The notes beneath the pieces were generated by a model. The model ran no database searches. It was not told where the DNA came from and worked only from the letters and a program-made list of their open reading frames with translations. Positions 54,380 to 64,000 of a stretch of 64,000 nt of DNA are shown here, one piece after another. How positions within the stretch are numbered: position 1 is the first letter of the stretch; each line of letters opens with the position of its first letter. Position numbers and translations under genes: made by a program. Source of the DNA: Eledone cirrhosa (taxonomy: Eukaryota); the NCBI GenBank assembly GCA_964016885.1, contig OZ024743.1, forward strand, positions 208,010,001-208,074,000. The letters are read 5' to 3'.

Positions 54380-57031
54380 TGTTGTCCGAAGTAAAATACG
54401 TGCTCTAGGGAACGAAGGGACCAAAGCTGTTAGCTGGACCCGTGTGACAGAGGCCAACAGTGGAACTAAATCCACCATCCGGTCTTTGCGAGACCTGGAT
54501 GGACGGGCGATTCTTGAGCCTAAGCAGATGTGTGAGGCCTTTCAAAGGCACTTTGCCCGACTGTTCGGGAGGAGCGGGGAGCCGATTGGGAACATGGACT
54601 TCGGTCCATACCTCGACGGCCTGCCGCGCCTCTCGGACAGGGAGGTGAAGTCCTGCGAGGAGCCGATTTCGGCCGCTGAGATAGAGGACGTGCTGAGCCA
54701 ATGCGGCAAACGCAAATCCCCGGGTCTCGATGGTCTTCCTTACGAATTATATCTAGCTATGCCGGACTTGTTCCCCGATCTCCTCGAGGCAGTCTACTGC
54801 AACTGGCAACACAACGGGAGAATTCCCTGTACTGTGACCAAGGGCGTAGTCACGCTAGTGAGGAAGGACGAGAACAAGGGGGACGAAATAAGTAACTTCA
54901 GGCCCATAACTCTGCTAAATACAGAGTTACAGATTTTGGCCAAGGTGCTAGCAAAGAGGTTGGCGCTTGTCGTGGGCAACCTGGTGGGAGATGCGCAGAC
55001 ATGTGCTATCCCGTCCAGGTCCATCCACGATAACCTCCACCTCATGCAATACATCATAGAGAGGGTTGGGAACGAACCCGGCTTTGGTGGGGCCCTGATC
55101 AACTTGGATCAATCTAAGGCATTTGATAGGGTCGACCATGGTTACCTGGATGCGGTGCTAGCGGCGGCAGGCTTCGGACCCGTTTTCAGGGGCTGGATCA
55201 ATGCCATGCACAGCAGCCACATCTGCTCTAGGGTCAAGGTGAACGGCTACCTCTCGGAGCCGTTCAAAATCGCGCGGTCCATCCGACAAGGGTGCCCTCT
55301 CTCCTCCCTTCTGTATGTGTTGACTCTCGAGCCACTACTGCGGAAGTTGGAGTTGTTGCAGGGCATCCCTTTGGAACCGGGATTGCAGAAAGCAGTGTCG
55401 GCCTACGCCGATGACGTGACAGTAATGGTGTCGACGGCCTCCGAAATCGAGGCGGTCAGCACCTTACTGGAGGAGTACGAAAGGTTCACAGGGACTAAGC
55501 TGAACCGGGACAAGTCGATCGGTTTGCAACTCGGCACGTGGAGGGGTAGACCGATGCCCTCCGATGGCGTCGTCGGACGCTGGAAGGAGGGCCCGGTGAA
55601 GTTGCTCGGGGTCTGGTTTGGACCGGACCTCCAGGTGGAGAAAAACTGGGCGGAGGTTACGAACAGGGTGTTTGCACTGACCCAGAAGTGGGCCAGTTGC
55701 AAACTATCCCTGAAAGGTCGGGCGGAGGTGGCGAACACCTACATAGCGTCCGTCATCTACTACCGCCTGACCGTAGTGCCCTGCCCAAGGGAAACCCTCA
55801 CCAAGATGGAGCGCGCACTCTTCCAATTCCTTTGGTGAGGAGATCCATCTGCTGTCAACACCCTTCGAAAGGAGGGCTGGGGATGCCGTGGCTAATGATG
55901 CGTAAACACGCATTAAGGCTACGGCACCTCTACGTATTCCTTACCGGTCAACCGGTGTGGGCCTCGTTTGTGAGACGAACCTTTCCCAGACTCGTCTCAC
56001 TCACCGAGCTGCAATCCTGGGTCAAGCAAAGACCGAGAAAACTGGGCGCCTGGCACACTGAGTGTGCCCAGGCGCTCACCGCCCTCTGGCAGGCGGATCC
56101 GGTTATCAGTGGAGACTCCACCGCAACATTCTATAGAGGGCTGGTACGCAGCAGGTGCGACGACGCCCTCGGAGAAGCCCTAGACATGGAGGAGGACGAA
56201 CTGGCCAGCCTGTTCGGTAGGACATTCAGCCCGGGACCTATGGACAACTTCCAGAAGTCCCTGGCCTGGCAGTGCTACCGAGGGGCTTTACCCGTTCGAG
56301 AAAGGCTCTACAGACACGGGCACCCGGGTAGGGACCCCGCCAAAAAGATCTGTCCCAGATGCGTGTGCGACGAGGAAACCGTTGCACACGCATTGGTACA
56401 CTGCTCGGGCGTAGCCGATCTGTGGGGCTATGTCGAACAACTGCTGTCAAGGGTGGGACCGATCCGGTTGACCACCGAGTCTATTGTAATGATCAAGCCG
56501 CCTCCCCCCTTCAAAGATGAAGCAGAGGCGGTGTTTCTGTGCGTAATAGCCATGGCAAAAGAGGTTGTATGGTGGACGCGTCTGAAAGGACTGAGGTCAG
56601 GCACCTTTCTCTCTGGCCAACAACTGGTCCGTTTCTTCCGATATCATTTCGGAAGAAGGATCAGGATGGAGAGAGAGGTGCTGCACCCCAACCGTTTTTA
56701 TGAAAGGTGGGTGAAAGTGGCGAGAATGGCCCGTGTGAATGGGCCTTCTCTTTACATAAGCCTGTAGGTGGAAAAGAGGAAGGAACGAGGGAGCACCCCC
56801 TCTCTGTGCTCCTGAGGAAAAGGGTTGCACACTTTTTTCGGGGGTGTGTGCGACCCCCCAAGGCGCCTCCTCTCTATTGAGGATTTTGTTATAAATTTTA
56901 TTTTTTGTTATATTTTATTTTATTTTTATATTTTGTTATTGCCTCCTCCTTATTGAGGACGCCTTTTTGTGTAAACTCCCCCCTTTGTACTTGTCCCACT
57001 TTTGATGCCCTGGTGGCAAATAAAAGAAACA
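54380..57031 (+). mobile_element. Tx1 copy D, 5'-truncated, with RT domain (54444-55838) and C-terminus to 56767
   Basis: KSPGLDG, FRPITLLN, DQSKAFDRV, RQGCPLS, YADD; 19-bp deletion near 55835 relative to copy B. Confidence 0.93.
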
Positions 57032-57279
57032 TATCTACCTATCCATCTACCTATCTACCTATCCATCTACCTATCCACCTATCCATCTACCTATCCATCT
57101 ACCTATCCACCTATCTACCTATCCATCTACCTATCCACCTATCTACCTATAGGGTTTAGTGAAAACAGAGAACTGAATGTTATACAGGAAGAAATAAAGT
57201 TTCATTCATGTTAGCCAGACCATCAATAACTACTGAGACAACAACCACCATGTCTGGAATATCAATAAATCTTATTACA

Positions 57280-57309
57280 CGCATACACACGCGCGCGCGC
57301 GCGCACGCA

Positions 57310-57388
<79 letters not shown>

Positions 57389-57555
57389 GCATGCAAACAC
57401 AGGTGTATATGCACACATACACATACATACACCCACAGGTGTACATGCACACACACACATATACATGCACACGTGCATACACACACATATACATGCACAC
57501 GTGCATACACATTCAGACACACATGCACACACACAAACACATATATATATATATA
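57280..57555. repeat. (CG)n-(CA)n microsatellite with degenerate CA/TA extension
   Basis: Direct reading. Confidence 0.95.
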
Positions 57556-57871
57556 ATTCAAATTAAAAGATAAATGTATAGAGAGAAAGAGCCATATATT
57601 GTATGAATGTATATATATATATATGTGTGTGTATGTGTGTGTGTATGGAATAGGAAGGGCATCCATGCGTGAATTACTCTAGTTACATATTATATAGAGT
57701 GGTGATAACATGTAATCCTATCACATCTTGGTAGAAATTTGGTGTCCGTGAGATGACTAATCTGTTAGTTACATCTAATCCATTGAAGCATGGTTTAACA
57801 GATGTTTTACTTGAATGAAATTAAAGAAACCATGATGCTGATGATGGTGGTGGTTTGTGTGTGTGTGTGTG

Positions 57872-57908
<37 letters not shown>

Positions 57909-57954
57909 ATGAGAAAGAAATTTAGAGGGAAGAATTGTTTTCAGTATATATGTG

Positions 57955-57990
<36 letters not shown>

Positions 57991-57994
<4 letters not shown>

Positions 57995-58148
57995 AGAGTC
58001 GGGACTCTGATGGCCAAGCTCTTGCTGTTTCAACTAGCTATTGAAACAGCAAGAGCTCAGCCATTGGTACCCGACTCTTTAAAATATAACCGTACTCTAC
58101 TACCCCAAGTATCGAGTACTCTGGTGAGTAATGGTTTAACCAGTTTCA
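57991..58148. repeat. Fold-back island in (TA)n with a 90-nt imperfect hairpin (57992-58081)
   Basis: taaagagtcggg/cccgactcttta and agctcttgctgtttcaa/ttgaaacagcaagagct arms. Confidence 0.7.
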
Positions 58149-58208
58149 AACTGAATCCATCCTGATTTATATATATATATATGTTGGTATAGGGTTGTAT
58201 GTATGTTG

Positions 58209-58362
58209 AAGGCAGAGAATTGGCAGAGTCATTAGAACATCAGATAGAATGCTTTCCATCATTTGTTCCGACTCTCTAGTCTCTGAGCTCAAAATTCGCT
58301 GTGGTCAACTTTGCCTTTCATCTTTTTGAGGTTATTAAAAAAGTACCAATTTAGTTCTGGGG
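58209..58362 (+). mobile_element. Degenerate SINE, same family as 59687-59880
   Basis: ttggcagagtcattag..tcaactttgcctttcatc..aagtacca. Confidence 0.65.
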
Positions 58363-59078
58363 TCCGTTCTTCCTCTCTATCTTTGTCTCATGCCCCCCCC
58401 CCCTTCTCTCTGGAAGAAATTGATGTTTAGACCTGGAAAGTGGATGGACTCTGCTAGGTTTAAGAAACAGCATATGTCAATATGGCATACCTACACCATT
58501 CATACTTATGTATGTTGACCTTAAAAACATACTAAACATCTATTGAAACTTTACAAAGTCCATGTCCATTTCTGTGTAGATTATAGTTCCACACTGTAAA
58601 TGTGGTTAGTGTTAGGAAGGGCATCCAACTGTAAAAAATATAGTTCCGTTTGAGCAAGGTATTGCACAGTGAACTGGCCTTACTTGTCTCATGATGTGAA
58701 GGACTCATCTAACTAGTGCAAGTGTGCAAAAATAAGATATTAAATGGTGATGATGAGAATGATGATTACAGCTATCCCATCTGGGATATAGGTGTAGGTA
58801 TATAGCTGACTGGTTAAGGAGTTTGTTTTGTAAACAGTTAGTTCTATGTTCAGTCCCACTCTGAGACATCTTGGACAAGTGTCTACAAATGAAGCAGCAA
58901 TATCAGCTTGTTTCAGAAAACTCCAAGTACCTAGGAAGATATATACCAGTTTGCCATGTGTTTTATATAATATAGTATATTTACCTCTGTTCACATATTG
59001 GGGGCTCTTTCTTTAATGATTACCACCCTGTATTCAGAAATAAATATATGTGGTTGTGTGTGTATATATATATATGTG

Positions 59079-59432
59079 AAGGTGCATGGCTTTGTGATTA
59101 GGGTATTTGGCTCATGATTGTAAGGTCATGAGTTCTATTCCAAGTGACACATTGTGTCATTGAGCAAGACACTTTATTTCACATTGCTCCAGTCCACAGT
59201 GTCCCTGGGCAGAACACTTTATTTTATGTTGCTCCAGTCCACTTAGCTGGCAAAAATTAGTTGAGCCTGTAATTTAAGGGGCCAGCCTTGTCACATTCTG
59301 TGTCACACTGAATCTCCCTGAGAACTACGTTAAAGGTATACCTGTCTCTGGAATGCTCAGCCACTTGCATGTTTATTTTACTTGCAGGCTGTTCGTATTA
59401 ACTGGAACACTTGTTGTAACCCACAGAGTACC
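59079..59432 (+). mobile_element. tRNA-derived SINE with partial internal duplication
   Basis: catggctttgtgattagg..gagttctattcc..ttgagcaagacactttatttcacattgctccag. Confidence 0.7.
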
Positions 59433-59484
59433 AATTTTTATATGTTATTTTTTTAACATATATCTGTGATGTTGCATATGTTCA

Positions 59485-60340
59485 GTGGGGTATTAGCAGT
59501 AATCGGTAGAGCATCAGACAAACTGCTTTGTAGCATAGAGTCCCTTTATATTCTACGGTTAGTTTTGATTTCATCCTTACGGGTCGATAAAATAAAGTAT
59601 CAGTAATTTAATCGACTTTCCACTCCCCAAAATTGTTGGCCCTGTGCCTAAATCAGAAACCATTATTATCATTATTATTATTATAAGGGCGGTGGATTGG
59701 CAGTATCGGTAGAGGGTCGGACGCCATGCTTTCCAGCATAGTTACGTCCCTTTCCAATCTGAGTTCAAATCCCGCCGAGGTTGACTTTGCCTTTCATCCT
59801 TATGGGGTCGATAAAATAAAGTACCAGTAATGCACTGGGTAATTGCTGGCCTTGTGCCTAAAGTAGAAACAATTATTATTATAAGGGTGGTGGATTGGCA
59901 GAATCGGTAGAACGTCAGACAACATGCTTTGGGGCGTAGAGTTACGTCCCTTTGCATTCTGAGTTCAAATCCTGCTGAAGTTAGTTTTACCTTTCGTCCT
60001 TATGTGGTTCGATAAAATAAAGTACCAGTAACATACTAGGGTTGATTTAATTGACTTTCCCACCAAATAATTGTTGGCTTTGTGTCTAAATATGAAACAT
60101 ATATATAATGTCAAGAGTGGGGGATTGGCAGTAATCGATAGAGCATCGGACAATATGTTGTGTGGCATATAGTTACGGCTCTTTACATTTTGAGTTCAAA
60201 TCCTGCTGAAATTAGCTTTGCCTTTCATCCTCACTGGTTTGATAAAATAAAATACCAGTAACACACTAGGGTTGAATTGATTGACTTTTTTCCCTTCCCT
60301 TCAAATTGCTAGCCTTGTGCCTAAAGTAGAAACAATTATT
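59485..60340 (+). mobile_element. Four head-to-tail copies of an about 200-bp SINE (octopus-type)
   Basis: Units start near 59485, 59687, 59885, 60115, sharing ttggcag..tcggtaga, gagttcaaatcc, tcgataaaataaagtaccagt, tgtgcctaaa..gaaac. Confidence 0.8.
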
Positions 60341-60543
60341 TGGGCATGTTAGAAATCACAATTTTGCTTCTTGTTATTGTTGTTATTGTTGTTGTTCTGT
60401 TGGGCGCCAATGACGCGATTATTATTACAGTTGTTATTTATTAAAGTGCTCTCCTCAATTGATACATTTTAATCAGTCTTTTCCAATAATTTCAACTACT
60501 CTCATTTATCATTAACTTTGAAAGATATTACATTATGTTCTGT

Positions 60544-60578
<35 letters not shown>

Positions 60579-61296
60579 GTGTGTGTGTGTACATATATAT
60601 GTACCTATAAACGTATATATATATATTATCTGTATATATCTCAATCATCATCATTGCCATTTAACGTCCATATATGTATGTATATGTATAAATTATATAT
60701 ATATATATAAATAAATATTCCAACAAAACCTTTCTGATGTTCTACCAAAGGGGGTATTTTTTGGTATTTTTAATCCTTTTTTTGTTCTATTTGAAACAGT
60801 CATTAAAATGATGTCTATCTTTTACAACAAACATATCACCCTAACAGGCTGTCACTATTGAAAGACATTTTAAAGAATGACTATATATTTCTAAAAAGAG
60901 TGACGAAAAAAAAAGACAAAAAAAAGCTGTCTTGTGAAATGTCTTCCTTTCATATTGTTTCAGGAGAAATGACAAGAATGTTGTCCTCTCTTGATTCAAT
61001 TAGTAGACATAATTTCAAATTGTCCTATGAATAATTATTAAGCAATATTTTGTAAAATCATCATGACTCATATCTTTATTTTTCTTCAACTTCTCATATT
61101 TCAACATTTTATTTCGCAGCAAATGTTATTTCTAGTTATTCTCCCGTCTCTCTCCCTCTCTCTCCCTCCCTCTCTCTCTCTCTCTCATTAAAAACATCAT
61201 GGAAAATTTGTGAAAAAGAAGATACTTATTCTGTGTTTCTATTTTTCTTTCCTTATATATATATACACACACACACACACATCATCACCATCATCG

Positions 61297-61364
<68 letters not shown>

Positions 61365-63080
61365 GTCTTGATGTGTTTGTATGTGTGTATTGAGTTCTGT
61401 GTATGAAAAAAACTTATTTCATATTAACACTCCCAAGTGAGTTGTTTCTGAAGAATTACTTGTCCTTCAACACATGCTGCATTGTAAAATAAGTTAATTG
61501 ATTGCGTTGCAGATGACTCAGGCTCATTCTAGTTTCGTTGTATGAGGAGAATGAAAGCAACATTGAAAACTTTCCTTTAAAATCACAAAGTTCCTGCTAT
61601 GGAAACTGTCTTAATTGTTTAATATAGTTATTGTTCTGCAGTGTGAGTCTTCAACAGGAATGTTTGACAATTAGAATTCTTTGTAAGCCTATTTCTTTAA
61701 TCTGACACATTTGATGTGAGAATGACTGTTGTGTAGATTTCTTTACAAAAACATAAGAATGACACAATATCACGTCATTAAATATGAAATGTCCGATTTC
61801 AAATTGAAAGTAGGTAAGGACATCGGACACTGCATACTTAAGGACCTAATACAAAATTAGTTTTAATATAAACTTTTGAATTTAATTGGTTTTTGTTATT
61901 CTCAGATATGTTTATATATATTAATGAAATAATTTGGTTAAATGAATGGTACAGTTGATGGAATTAGCTTCAATACATTACCATTAATGTTGTGGACTGG
62001 CAGTTATGTCTTTTTACGTTCTGACTTCAAATCCCGCTGAGGTGAGGTTTTCTTTATGTTATCGACTTTGTAAGGATGAAAAGCAAAGTACCAGTAATGC
62101 ACTGGGGTCGATTTAATCAACTTTTCCCTCCTCCTAAATCAGAACCATTATTATTAATGTCATGTACCCCCAGTTGATGTGTCTGGATATCAACCATTCC
62201 TTGTCTCAACAATGTTGACTCCATCAAGATGTCAACTTCAACAATGTCATGAGAACCTTCTGTCAAGATGTCAGGTGTGCTCAGTCACCACACTGTTGAT
62301 TTCCTTTGGAAAATTAGCATGGGTTAGACCGGTTGTCCCATTAGAGGCAACTTGGGTCAGATGACTGGGTCTTGCTCATACAAAACTGTTTCTGGCTAGG
62401 TTTCTACGACTGGATGCCCTTCCTAACACCAACCACATTTACAGAGTGTGCTGGGTGCTTTTTGTCATGACCACTTTACAGTATAAGGGTGGTGTGGACA
62501 GGAGTGGGTGGGTGTTGGGGGTGTGGGATTTGTATGGACAGGGGGGTATAGTTGTTAAGATATGCCTACTAGGACATTAATTGAAATAAATGCTGTAAAC
62601 ACACACACATAAATATATATATATATAGTACAATACTTTCTCCTACTCGTCACATAAAATTGTGAGTACATGTTATAACTTAATTGCTATGAGTTAATGT
62701 TTTGTTTTGTCTCTTACTCTCCAGACAGCGGTTTGGCTTGTGTCAGATGCTGTGACCCCAGGTGGACTAAGAGTACCATCAGTATGAGTCGAAACTGCCA
62801 GAATTCTGTGTCTTTCATTTCTGTTTTTTTTTATTTTTTTTTTTTATTTTAAGATTTCCCTTTGAAAAAAAATTTTCTTTTTTTCATTTTGCCCCGTTTT
62901 TGTTAATTGTTTTTTTTTTTGTCATTGTCCTAAGCTTATTTTAGATATATATATATATATATATCATCATCATCATCATCATTTAACGTCCATTTTCCAT
63001 GCTAGCATGAGTTAGATGGGTTGTCCCATTTGAGACAAGCCGAGGTCGAATGACCATGTCTTACTCATACAGAACCGATA

Positions 63081-64000
63081 TATATATATAGCCCCATACT
63101 ATTTATTATTGCCCTTCAGGCTATAACAGAGGAGTTCAAGACCGGCTGCCCATGGGAACTCCTATATGCAGATGATCTAACGCTCATAGCTGAAGCAATG
63201 GCTGAACTAGAGAAGAAATTCCAAACATGGAAGCATGGCCTAGAATCAAAAGGCCTTAAAATTAACCTGTCTAAGACTAAAGTTCTAGTTTGTAGGAAGG
63301 AAAATAGGGCACCGGTCCCATCTGGGAAATGGCCATGCTCAGTGTGTAGGAAAGGAGTAGGCAGAAACTCCATTTTATGTCCCAAATACAAAGTATGGGT
63401 GCATAAAAGATGTAGCGGGATCACAGGTAAGCTAACTAAGAATATAGATTTTATGTGTGGCCAGTGCTCTGGTGCAATAAGTAGCAGCAAATGCACACAG
63501 AATACTAGCTCATTCCATTGCACAGATGGTTCTATAGAAATAGTGGACACAGTAGCTAGAGTCAGAACTGGATGAAAAAATTCAGAGAGCTTATACCACT
63601 ATTGGCCGCTAAAGGGTTCTCTCTAAAAATGAAAGGCAGGCTGTATTATGCCTGCATACGAACAGCGATGTTACATGGCAGTGAGACCTGGGCATTGTGT
63701 GCAGAGGATATATGCAGACTGGAGAGGAACGAAGCTTGCATGCTCCGCTGGATGTGTAATAGTAATATACGTGAACGGCAAAGCATAAACGAACTAAGGG
63801 AGAAATTAGGAATAAGAGGGATCAGATGTTGTTTACTCGAGAGAAGACTACGTTGGTATGGTCACGTGATGCGCATGAAAGATGACAGCTGTATAAAGAA
63901 GTACAGGGCGATAAAAATAGACGGTAGCCACGGAGTAGGCAGACCCAGAAAAACGTGGGACGACTTGATAAATTCCGACCTCACACACTTACACCTCTCC
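63081..64000 (+). mobile_element. 5'-truncated RTE (PHD-insert family) running off the window end
   Basis: Similar to 31071-32030 with an internal deletion near 63550. Confidence 0.9.

Noticed and set aside
61520-61665. Hammerhead-like motif on the - strand (ctgttga..gaaactag)
   Set aside because: Core mismatch, no UH site and no paired stem II
62735-62815. Hammerhead-like gaaac segment
   Set aside because: No CTGANGA core or stem I pairing

Overview
Eukaryotic, AT-rich, repeat-saturated region with no host gene I can support. The SINE families and (TA)n expansions resemble those of octopus/coleoid cephalopods (inference). The window is a nest of non-LTR retroelements separated by long G-interrupted (TA)n microsatellites. 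It holds five Tx1/L1 copies (four arrayed in a TCTA/CCTA/TCCA microsatellite), an intact single-ORF RTE with three C-terminal C2H2 fingers, several RTE copies with a PHD-type finger inside the RT, a two-ORF CR1-like element, a Penelope-like element with a 0.73-kb inverted repeat, tRNA-derived SINEs and a 328-bp higher-order satellite. The strongest hidden signal is a set of minimal type I hammerhead ribozymes with palindromic stem III (7 complete or near-complete motifs in 5 sequence families, plus degenerate ones) in non-coding Penelope/retrozyme-like units of about 430-470 nt. Also notable are a probable -1 programmed frameshift joining CR1 ORF1 and ORF2 and a non-autonomous RTE derivative with a covarying structured leader. 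Most ORF-track entries are microsatellite artefacts.
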